Virus record (IMG/VR): IMGVR_UViG_3300033067_001366
From: an uncultured virus (IMG/VR IMGVR_UViG_3300033067_001366)
Lineage: Duplodnaviria > Heunggongvirae > Uroviricota > Caudoviricetes
Reading direction: 5' to 3' (one strand)
Length of the DNA: 20,000 nt
Within the stretch, counting starts at the first letter, position 1; each line of letters begins with the position of its first letter. This document shows, in pieces, positions 8,320 to 15,763 of this stretch. The position numbers and the translations under genes are program-made. Under the pieces are notes generated by a model. It was given only the letters and a program-made list of their open reading frames with translations. It had not been told where the DNA came from and searched no databases.

Positions 8320-9212
8320 TATCGTCTGCGGGTGGGTTTTCCCCCGTCGAAGTTCCCGTACTGCGGCCGCTGAGTCAGTCGGGCTCCTCTTTCTCCTCCG
8401 TCGCCAACGATCCTGTCGGCAAGTTGCCGCGCCTCAATCTCCGCGCGTTCGATCATCGCAAGCTGGACGTGCTCACTTTCGAGACCGTCTGTTTTCGCCT
8501 GGATAATCGTCTCCTGTTGTCTGCCCTGGTATAGCAGTTCCAGGCGGATCAGCCGACTGACCGGGTCGGCCAGGGTGATGGCCAGCACGATCACAAGGAC
8601 GCCGATGAAAACGCTTACAGCTCCCCAACTCAACCAGGTTTCCTGGAAGGGGGCGAGTTGCAGGTGTTTGACCATCATGAAGTGCGTCACGATGTTGACG
8701 AACATTACGCAAACGATGAAGAGCATTCCGGACAGGCAGACGATTCGTTCGAGAAAAGAGGAGAACGCTCTGGTAAAGCCGTACACGAGCCAGATAAATG
8801 CTCCCTCGACCACGAGCACGGCGAAGAGCGAGAGGATGCCCTGGATAAAAAACGGCGTGTCAGAGAAGCCTTCACGGTAGATCATAAAACTCGACACGCA
8901 GCTCAGCAGGGTGATGCATGTCAGGATTAACCCTCCGCCGACGATCACATTCTGTCGGGCGCGGTTGTGTTTGAAGGCGTCCTGCACGGAGGCTCCCATT
9001 CCGAGCGAGATCGGCTGAGTTCCGACTGTGACGGTGGAGCCGATTGCAGCGGCGACGATGGCCAGCGCGACGGTTTCGATGATCCGGCAGGTGGCTTCGT
9101 CCTGGGGCGCGATCGCGTCCATTAGCTTGAAGAACGGCGACAGGGCGACGGCAAGGGCTCGCCGCAGCGCCTGGCTACGTTGAGAAAACTTCGAATTGTT
9201 CAATTGATTCAC
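8319..9212 (-). CDS. Multi-pass membrane protein with a C-terminal helical/coiled-coil region
   Basis: Four to five hydrophobic segments. Start is GTG 9212 or TTG 9203 (GAGGTG SD 6 nt upstream of the TTG). Confidence 0.75.
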   Translation of the reverse strand: MNQLNNSKFSQRSQALRRALAVALSPFFKLMDAIAPQDEATCRIIETVALAIVAAAIGSTVTVGTQPISLGMGASVQDAFKHNRARQNVIVGGGLILTCITLLSCVSSFMIYREGFSDTPFFIQGILSLFAVLVVEGAFIWLVYGFTRAFSSFLERIVCLSGMLFIVCVMFVNIVTHFMMVKHLQLAPFQETWLSWGAVSVFIGVLVIVLAITLADPVSRLIRLELLYQGRQQETIIQAKTDGLESEHVQLAMIERAEIEARQLADRIVGDGGERGARLTQRPQYGNFDGGKPTRRR

Positions 9213-9344
9213 CTCTGAGGTAGAGGCGAGAACGGTGAGAACCGCTCCCGCAAAGGAGCGGCGGTTGGACTTGACGGGCGCAAGATAGCACGGTCGAGCG
9301 GGGAATTGCTAGATCGTTTTAGGTGGTACTTTAGGTGGGATAAG

Positions 9345-9376
9345 AAAAAAAAGAGCCGCGACCGTCGCCGCAACTC
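9345..9376 (-). terminator. Intrinsic terminator downstream of the tRNA 3' fragment
   Basis: Minus strand GAGTTGCG-N8-CGCGGCTC (2 GU pairs) followed by T8. Confidence 0.65.
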
Positions 9377-9387
9377 AATTGTTCACA

Positions 9388-9433
<46 letters not shown>

Positions 9434-9581
9434 TTTTGAAGTTCCTAGCCAAGGAAAGGACTTACGGCTTCACTGTTGATTTCAGTAGGTTTATCGGCGG
9501 AAATTCGCCTAAATTTTGCGGCGTATTTGCTGGATTTGCCAAATGATGACAAGTTCTGGTGGGACTGTTGGTGGTACTTTG

Positions 9582-10796
9582 TCATTCTTCTTTGTCCTTT
9601 TTAGCCTTCTCTTCCGCTACTCTTTTTTTCTTTTCGCGCAGGTTGGCCATCGCGTTGCCGGCTCCCTGAACAATCAACATGTCGGTCGTAAGATACCGAC
9701 GGAAGGTTTTCTCCTGGGTATGACCTGTGATGTGCATGGCGTGGGCACGATCGCCGCCAGAGTCTGCAATTGCCTGGGCAAGCTCGGTTGTTGCCCAATG
9801 GCGCAGGTCCCTCGGTTGCAGGTTTGATATTCCAGTATCAAGCAGTGCTGCTGCCCAAGCTTTGCTTATGGACTTTATTCCCCCGAAGATTGATGTGTCG
9901 GGATCCCGGAGGAGGAGATCGTGGTCTACCTTTCCGTGGGCAGGCGACAGTCGAAGCCATTCCCGAAGGCCGTCGTTCAGCCAGTCTTTTAGCGCCGCGA
10001 TTAGCCGGTCGGAGATCGGCACCAGGCGTTTGCGATTCACTTTGGTCGTTGTGGCCTGGGCGATAATGATTTTGCTTTCAAAGTCGATGTCTTGAGGCCG
10101 AACCTTCAATCGCTCCTCCGGGCGTAGCGCGGTATCGGAGGCGAGTAGAATGTAAACCTTTAAGTGAGCGCGGCGGCCCTGGCAGGCGGCAAGTAATTTC
10201 TCCAGCTCTCCATCGCGTTCCTCTCGTTGGCGGGGCAGCTCGTCGGCAGCACTAAAGACCTGCTCGCCGACGTTGAACGGATTCACTTTAAGCCAGCCAT
10301 TGCGGATTGCGTAATTGAAGATAATCCGCAATTGCCGACACTGATGGTTTATATCGTAGATGCCTCTGGCCTTCCCGTAACGAGTTGGCGCCTTGATGAG
10401 ATAGTCTTTGTAGTTGAGGAGATCTCGGTTGGTGATTTTCTTGATCGGCCATTCGCCGAAATATCGAACCAGTGCATTGACACGATTGCGCGTCGCCTCC
10501 GGCTTCTTGAGCCCTGACACTTTTCGCTCGCCGACATAAACGGCGGGAACTACTTTCTCCTTGGAGTAAATCTTAGCCAGTTCTCGGAAGGTCATCTTCC
10601 CGGCGTCAAGCAGCTCTGTTCCGCCGCTTAGAAATTCGACCTCCAATTCATCAAGGATCTGATTCGCGTGTTTGCGGCTGCGGGCTACTCGGTCTATTTC
10701 ACGCCTGGTCCCGTCGGGATTTATGATTCGAAGTCGCGCGATTATCCCTTTGCGCGGCTTTTCGTAAATGAATCTGTAGTGGGTGCGAGCTGGCAT
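9582..10796 (-). CDS. int: Tyrosine recombinase / phage integrase
   Basis: Catalytic set ALRPEE, TTK, RDLRH, TGHT, FRRY, plus N-terminal arm-binding and core-binding-like regions; adjacent to the att site. Confidence 0.93.
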   Translation of the reverse strand: MPARTHYRFIYEKPRKGIIARLRIINPDGTRREIDRVARSRKHANQILDELEVEFLSGGTELLDAGKMTFRELAKIYSKEKVVPAVYVGERKVSGLKKPEATRNRVNALVRYFGEWPIKKITNRDLLNYKDYLIKAPTRYGKARGIYDINHQCRQLRIIFNYAIRNGWLKVNPFNVGEQVFSAADELPRQREERDGELEKLLAACQGRRAHLKVYILLASDTALRPEERLKVRPQDIDFESKIIIAQATTTKVNRKRLVPISDRLIAALKDWLNDGLREWLRLSPAHGKVDHDLLLRDPDTSIFGGIKSISKAWAAALLDTGISNLQPRDLRHWATTELAQAIADSGGDRAHAMHITGHTQEKTFRRYLTTDMLIVQGAGNAMANLREKKKRVAEEKAKKDKEE

Positions 10797-10802
10797 TGAC
10801 GG

Positions 10803-11234
10803 TTATATGTCCCAGTACTCCAACAGCGTTTGTCGGTACTTTATGAGCCAAGTCGGATAACTGAATTCTTCGGCGATCTCGCTGGGCCAGTGATGGGCCA
10901 GCAGGGTTTTGGGAATCAGGGCACAAGCAGCGACCAAGTTAGCCTCAAACTCAATGTTTTTGTCCATCCCTAAAAAGAACTGAATGCGGGGTGGATGAAG
11001 CCAGTGGTGCGCGAGTTCATGGTATAGCGTGTAAAGTCGGTCCACTCCTCTGAGCTGATCGTGGATGTAAATATGGAGCCTGCCTTCGTAAACCATGCTG
11101 TAGCCTGGTTGTTCAAGTTGGACTTCCCGGACGACGATCCTAGAGGCAGCACAGTAATCCCAGAAGTCCACTTCTGTCAGCACTCGAATATTCCATTCGG
11201 GCGGGGTGTTTCGTTCGATTAGTTTTCTTCGCAC
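10803..11234 (-). CDS. ImmA/IrrE family metallopeptidase (anti-repressor)
   Basis: TLYHELAHH zinc motif and E.EANLVAACALIP; sits next to int. Confidence 0.88.
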   Translation of the reverse strand: MRRKLIERNTPPEWNIRVLTEVDFWDYCAASRIVVREVQLEQPGYSMVYEGRLHIYIHDQLRGVDRLYTLYHELAHHWLHPPRIQFFLGMDKNIEFEANLVAACALIPKTLLAHHWPSEIAEEFSYPTWLIKYRQTLLEYWDI

Positions 11235-11272
11235 GGGTTAATTTATGATCAGGCTAACTGGCTTGAGCAAGC

Positions 11273-11815
11273 TTATTTGAATAAATCTTTTTTCAATTGA
11301 GAGATGATTCGGTCCGCAACCTTTCGCTGGCCGCCGCGCGCCCATGTACCCCACCAAAGAGATCGGTCGCCTGCCTCGCCTGCCCAGATGATCGTTTTAC
11401 TGGCAACGCTGACAACCTGGACTGAGCCTTCGTCTGAGTCTCTGCCGGTGTTAAAGACCACGTGGTACCACTTATTGTCGCCCGTCTTGCCGGAGAATCC
11501 CGTCAGGATGAATTCAGCCTGCGCTTCGTCGGTGACGATCGTGACCGGCACTTTCTTTTTGACGATCTCGGCGGCGAGAAAGCTGTTTAGATTGCCTTCC
11601 ATTGGCGCGATGAAGACGCGCGCGCCTGGTTTCATTTGCGTGGCGACGGCCTGGCCGACCGGTGCCACCTGTTCTGGTTTTTGCGCTGGAGTCGGCGCTG
11701 GTTTTACTGCGGGCGCCTGCACGTTCCAGTTGGGCGGAATCTGCTTCTCGTTCGACTGGGCAGATGTCCGCACTCCGAAGGCGAGCGCACAAACAATAAA
11801 GAGCAATGGCTTCAT
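11273..11815 (-). CDS. Secreted hypothetical protein (lysogenic accessory gene)
   Basis: Signal peptide MKPLLFIVCALAFGVRTSA-Q, a Pro/Ala linker, then an alpha/beta domain. Confidence 0.8.
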   Translation of the reverse strand: MKPLLFIVCALAFGVRTSAQSNEKQIPPNWNVQAPAVKPAPTPAQKPEQVAPVGQAVATQMKPGARVFIAPMEGNLNSFLAAEIVKKKVPVTIVTDEAQAEFILTGFSGKTGDNKWYHVVFNTGRDSDEGSVQVVSVASKTIIWAGEAGDRSLWWGTWARGGQRKVADRIISQLKKDLFK

Positions 11816-11823
11816 GGCCGTTC

Positions 11824-12393
11824 CTTCTGGGGCACAGAGGGTTATTCGTCCGGGGTTTCGCTTCCATCACTGCGAGGCAAATTTTCGATCGAGCTCGATC
11901 ATTTTTTCCATTTCTGCGCGAGGCATTCCTGCTATTCCATTAAGCACAATCCACACTGAGCGCGCAGTCTCAATTCGACGATTCCGATAGTCTTCGTAAA
12001 GGTCATTCAATCCGTCCTTGATCTGGCCTACAGTGACCTGGCTAAGAAATTTGTCAGCCTGCGCGTTGTAAGACTGACTTGCTGCTCCTGCGCATTTCAC
12101 AGACTTCTGACTAGCATCTATCGTGTAAAACGTAAGCTGAAATCCCAGCTCTGCTCCGTCAACAAAGCCAAGCACGTAGTCAATCTTGCTGTGTTCATCT
12201 TGGGCTCGCCACCAATTGCCATCTCTCCGAGTAGCCGGGGCTGTCCGCTTTTCTATGCTGGCCGATCGTGCCTGATTTGGTGAAAACAGCGATGCCCCAA
12301 ATGTGATCCCCGCCAGTAATAACGCAACCGCCTTAAGACTTTTCATTGGCTATTCTCTTCTGGGGCACAGAGGGTTAATCGTCCGGGGTTTCG
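11824..12393. repeat. 37-bp direct repeat (11824-11860 and 12357-12393)
   Basis: CTTCTGGGGCACAGAGGGTTAWTCGTCCGGGGTTTCG, 36/37 identical. Confidence 0.95.
11867..12346 (-). CDS. Secreted helical protein (loosely Rap1a-like)
   Basis: Signal peptide, then DGNWW...YVLGFVDG...VTVGQI...LY pattern. Confidence 0.75.
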   Translation of the reverse strand: MKSLKAVALLLAGITFGASLFSPNQARSASIEKRTAPATRRDGNWWRAQDEHSKIDYVLGFVDGAELGFQLTFYTIDASQKSVKCAGAASQSYNAQADKFLSQVTVGQIKDGLNDLYEDYRNRRIETARSVWIVLNGIAGMPRAEMEKMIELDRKFASQ

Positions 12394-12773
12394 TTTTCTT
12401 CTTCCAGCTTCCTGATCGTCTCTCGGTCGTTTTCGGTCATTGGCTGGCCGTCGCGTCCGAAAGCGGAGTTTAATTGGTCGTTGATGCGTTCACGGCGCGT
12501 AGGCTTCGGTGCTGCGCCGGAATTCATAATAGTTGGAGTACGTGCAGGCTTGCCACCGCTCGCACTATTTAAGGCTGCCTGCTCCGCCTCTTCGAAAGCG
12601 ACAGGATGCTTTTTCTTTTCGTCCCAAATAGTGGCGACAATGAATTGGTGAATCAGGTTTGACATCGTTGATCCCCGCAACTCAGCCGCGACCTGAAAGT
12701 CCCTTCGTAACTGGTCGGTCGTTTTCAGATTTATTCGGACATCTTTATTCTTCTTAGTGCTCACGTTGTACAT
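12375..12773 (-). CDS. Putative immunity repressor with an N-terminal ribbon-helix-helix domain
   Basis: VRINLKT beta-ribbon, helix, G.TMSNLI helix; occupies the CI position. Alternative GTG start at 12764. Confidence 0.7.
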   Translation of the reverse strand: MYNVSTKKNKDVRINLKTTDQLRRDFQVAAELRGSTMSNLIHQFIVATIWDEKKKHPVAFEEAEQAALNSASGGKPARTPTIMNSGAAPKPTRRERINDQLNSAFGRDGQPMTENDRETIRKLEEENETPDD

Positions 12774-12821
12774 ACTAGGTCTATACCCCTCCCGTCGGTC
12801 AATGAAAAATACAGGAAGGTG

Positions 12822-12850
12822 TTGACGATGTACTCACCTTTCTGTATAAA
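12822..12850 (+). promoter_or_regulatory. Sigma70-type early promoter overlapped by operator repeats
   Basis: TTGACG-N17-TATAAA; ACGATGTACTCA at 12825-12836 and 12857-12868; GTACTCA at 12851; a related site at 12757-12772. Confidence 0.8.
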
Positions 12851-12881
12851 GTACTCACGATGTACTCATCAAGGGGGATTT

Positions 12882-13085
12882 ATGAAGCAGAAAAAAGACT
12901 CGCGATGGAATTTCAAGGCGACAGAAGAGTTCATTGATCGCCTAAACCGTGCGGCCGAAGTGACTGACCGCCCAGCCTCTCAGATCGTCCGCGAGGCAAT
13001 TAACGAAAAGCTGGACGAGCTGGCGCAGCACTTCCCGCAAATCAATGATCCAAGCGCACCGCGTAACCAGTCCGCAGCGGCTTAA
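12882..13085 (+). CDS. Cro-position ribbon-helix-helix (CopG/Arc-like) regulator
   Basis: SRWNFKA ribbon, RLNRAAE, PASQIVREAI; AAGGGGG SD before ATG 12882. Confidence 0.8.
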   Translation: MKQKKDSRWNFKATEEFIDRLNRAAEVTDRPASQIVREAINEKLDELAQHFPQINDPSAPRNQSAAA

Positions 13086-13115
13086 CCGCCCACCACCAGC
13101 AGGGAAGTGCTGATC

Positions 13116-13406
13116 ATGAGCATTTATCTTCACCTTCAAATTGTTGCATCCCTTCTTGCCAAGATAGAGCAATTGAAGAATCCGAACCGCTTGCTGCGCG
13201 AGGCCGAAGCGGCTGCCCGCTTGAACGTGAGCCCGCGCACACTGGCGCGCTGGCGCGAGGATCGGGTGATTGGATGCATTCAAGCGAAAGAGGGGATGAC
13301 GGTGCTCTATAAGCCGGAGCATATCGAAGAGTTCCTGCAGAGAAGCGAGGTCAGACCGAAGGTGCGCAGTCGTCGCCCACGGATTCTGCCGGCAGATATT
13401 GAGTAA
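13116..13406 (+). CDS. Excisionase-like HTH_17/MerR-type DNA-binding protein
   Basis: LLREAEAAARLNVSPRTLARWRE...VLYKPEHIEEFL; alternative GTG start at 13107. Confidence 0.8.
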   Translation: MSIYLHLQIVASLLAKIEQLKNPNRLLREAEAAARLNVSPRTLARWREDRVIGCIQAKEGMTVLYKPEHIEEFLQRSEVRPKVRSRRPRILPADIE

Positions 13407-13413
13407 ATCGAAA

Positions 13414-13716
13414 CTGCCTCTGTTGTGGTTCAGAGGCAGCATCCAGAGGCTCCTTGGGGATGGTTGGGAGCTCTGGCGGGTGCAGCGGTTGGGAGAGCGC
13501 TGCACCCATTTAAGGATTGCAGTGATTGAGTTCATTGAAGATTTTTCCGGGATCCCCGTGGTTGGCTTTAAGGCTGCGGGAGACCAGTGCGAGATGGATT
13601 AGGTGCCCCCTCGCACTGGTCGCGGTGTTTGTCGTTTGGGGCAGAGGTATTCGACGGCGGTTGGACTTGACAACCTGACTTGCGGTCAACGGCCTCTGTC
13701 CCAAACGGCGAAAGCA
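13414..13716 (+). ncRNA. Candidate structured RNA (tandem hairpins plus a branched long stem)
   Basis: Stems at 13414-13439, 13443-13476, 13478-13507, 13555-13580, 13582-13621 and 13631-13709. Confidence 0.5.
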
Positions 13717-13757
13717 TAGGGAAAGCGCACCTGTAAATCAATAGTTTCGGAGGGTTC

Positions 13758-14021
13758 ATGAAGGTCATTATCAAGCAGGGGGCATGTCCCTGCGGCTAGT
13801 GCAAATCCGGGTCTGTAGTCGAGATCATTTTCCGTGCTGATGCGACGATACGCGACCAAGCCAGGCTTATGGCAATTGAGCAGATCGTGTCGATTCGGGC
13901 GGAAATGCCCGGCGCGGGTGATGTCGAAATCATACGCGAGACCGCCGAGGTATCGCCGATTGCTGGCGAGGAGATGGTAGTTCCGGAATTCATCGTGCTC
14001 CCGGAAGGCGGGCCGCGATAA
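13758..14021 (+). pseudogene. Small ORF interrupted by an in-frame TAG
   Basis: GGAGG SD, then MKVIIKQGACPCG*CKSGSVVEIIF...PEGGPR*; the TAG is at 13797-13799. Confidence 0.5.
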
Positions 14022-14039
14022 ATACGCGCGAGGGTTGCT

Positions 14040-14177
14040 ATGACGGAATTTGATTGGGGCCTTATCTGCGGCGGCCTGCTTAGCTGCGCGCTGGTCGTTC
14101 TGATCGGCCTGGAGATTCGGACGCGCCGAAATCCTGATCGCAGCAATGAGCGGTGGATGAGGAGCCGTCGCTCGTAG
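14040..14177 (+). CDS. Small single-pass membrane protein
   Basis: GAGGG SD; MTEFDWGLICGGLLSCALVVLIGLEIRTRR... (45 aa, one TM segment and a basic tail). Confidence 0.55.
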   Translation: MTEFDWGLICGGLLSCALVVLIGLEIRTRRNPDRSNERWMRSRRS

Positions 14178-14311
14178 CGTTCTCGTTTTGAAATTGCGCG
14201 CCAGTGCTCTGAGCGTGGTCAGTTTTTGATCCCTGGCCACGCGGCGCGCAATCATTCTTCGACGGCGAATCCAGGGTGTGCGCGAGCAGCAGTGAGTCTG
14301 CCCGGGAGGTT

Positions 14312-14464
14312 GTCTGCTGCCGCCGTCGATTTCTTTCCGCGCTGGGTCGGTCGCCCTGTTCAGCGCGGCTGCAGTGGAGGGCGACTTTCAGCGCTTCACC
14401 AGTCGCCGGTGTTTCCGCCCGCGAATCACCGGCGACTTTCAGGCTGCAGTCGGCGGCAGTAGGC
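14312..14464 (+). ncRNA. Candidate multi-branched leader RNA
   Basis: Closing stem 14312-14325/14451-14464 with nested stems inside. Confidence 0.5.
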
Positions 14465-14483
14465 GTCGGCAAAGGGGTTTTCG

Positions 14484-15323
14484 ATGGATGATCTATTAAA
14501 GCAATTATTTGCTCCGTTCGGAGCCGAGGCTGTTGATTATCGGCCTGGCCATAAAATCAAGGACAGTCAATTCATCGTGTTCGCATACGTTGGCAAGGAA
14601 GAGATTCGCGACCGCCTCGACGCGATCCTGGGCCCGACGAATTGGTTCACGGAGTATGAGCCCTGGGCTGGTGCAACGATCTTGTGCAAGCTGTCGCTTC
14701 GGATCGGTGGCGAGTGGATTACGAAGAGTGGTGTCGGCGGATCGTCCGCGCAGATGAAAGAAGAGGACAATCAGATCAAGTCGGCAAAGACGAGCGCCTT
14801 CAGAAACGCCGCGGCCGAGTGGGGGTTCGCGCGTCATCTCGATTTCCTGCCGACAATCATCTGGCCCGCCAATGTCAGCGCCGACTCCAAGCCGCAGTGG
14901 AGGTCCTGGCAAGATCCTGGGAAGCTCCGCAAAACCATTGCCGATCTGCTGGCCGATCAGGCTGCGGGTCGCCTGGGCCGCAATGCGCCGACGGTCTGGG
15001 GAAAAGTCGAAGCGACGTCCGAACAGCGGAGTTCGCAGAATCAGGCGAGTGCTCGGCCATCGCTGTCGAGTTCAGTGCCGGTCGCAACCGCGCCGACGTC
15101 GGCTCCGAAGGCTTCCGTGCAGCCACCGATGGCCAGCGCTCCAGCGGTCAAGCCCGTTACCGACGTCGCGCCGACTTCGACGTCGTTTTATGCGCTTCAG
15201 CGTGAGGTTGGCTATCCGATCGAGAAGGCCAAGGCGATCGCCGATATACACCGTCAGGATTGGACAAAGGCGCTGCCCGCGCTCCATCAAGCGATCGCGG
15301 CCGCTGCTCCAGGAGGTCACTGA
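14484..15323 (+). CDS. Rad52/Rad22-family (Sak-like) ssDNA annealing protein
   Basis: LFAPF...AYV...IRDRLDAILGPTNW...CKLSL.IGGEWITK.G...K.A.TSAFRNAAAEWGFARHL. Confidence 0.88.
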   Translation: MDDLLKQLFAPFGAEAVDYRPGHKIKDSQFIVFAYVGKEEIRDRLDAILGPTNWFTEYEPWAGATILCKLSLRIGGEWITKSGVGGSSAQMKEEDNQIKSAKTSAFRNAAAEWGFARHLDFLPTIIWPANVSADSKPQWRSWQDPGKLRKTIADLLADQAAGRLGRNAPTVWGKVEATSEQRSSQNQASARPSLSSSVPVATAPTSAPKASVQPPMASAPAVKPVTDVAPTSTSFYALQREVGYPIEKAKAIADIHRQDWTKALPALHQAIAAAAPGGH

Positions 15324-15754
15324 TGCGCGCTTTTAACAAGATCACCATCCTTGGCCATCTGGGTCGGGATCCCGAAGTTCGGTTCTCGGCGCAGGGCACG
15401 GCCTTCTGCAAATTTTCCCTGGCGACCACTGAGCGTCGCCGGGGAAATGGCGAAGAGGGAGAGTTGGCCACCTGGTTCAATATTACGGTGTTCGGTCGTC
15501 AGGCCGAGCTCTGCGGCGAGCGCCTGTTCAAGGGGTCGCCTGTCTACGTGGAGGGGCGATTCAGTTGTCGGCCGTACGTTGATCGGGATGGCAACAATCG
15601 AATATCCCCGGAGATCGCAGCGTCCGATGTGCAGTTTCTGGAAAGTCGACGCGACGGCGATGTGCCGTCAACCGCTGGCTCAAGATCAACTCCGACTCGT
15701 TCCGATTCGACGGCATCTCGCAATGTCGCCGACGAGGATGACATTCCCTTTTAG
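15323..15754 (+). CDS. ssb: Single-stranded DNA-binding protein
   Basis: FNKITILGHLGRDPEVR...KGSPVYVEGR...DDIPF; TGATG coupling and AGGAGG SD. Confidence 0.95.
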   Translation: MRAFNKITILGHLGRDPEVRFSAQGTAFCKFSLATTERRRGNGEEGELATWFNITVFGRQAELCGERLFKGSPVYVEGRFSCRPYVDRDGNNRISPEIAASDVQFLESRRDGDVPSTAGSRSTPTRSDSTASRNVADEDDIPF

Positions 15755-15763
15755 AGGAGCCGT

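Noticed and set aside
12772..12802. Leftward repressor promoter TTGACC...TAGTAT
   Set aside because: The spacer is 19 bp, too weak to call without TSS data.
13399..13602. 67-aa ORF after the xis-like gene
   Set aside because: Weak TTG start, no recognisable motif, and it runs through the hairpin cluster; not supported, though not excluded.
13797..13799. Genome-wide TAG recoding
   Set aside because: TAG terminates ssb, the 371-aa gene and Gp157 at their expected C-termini.
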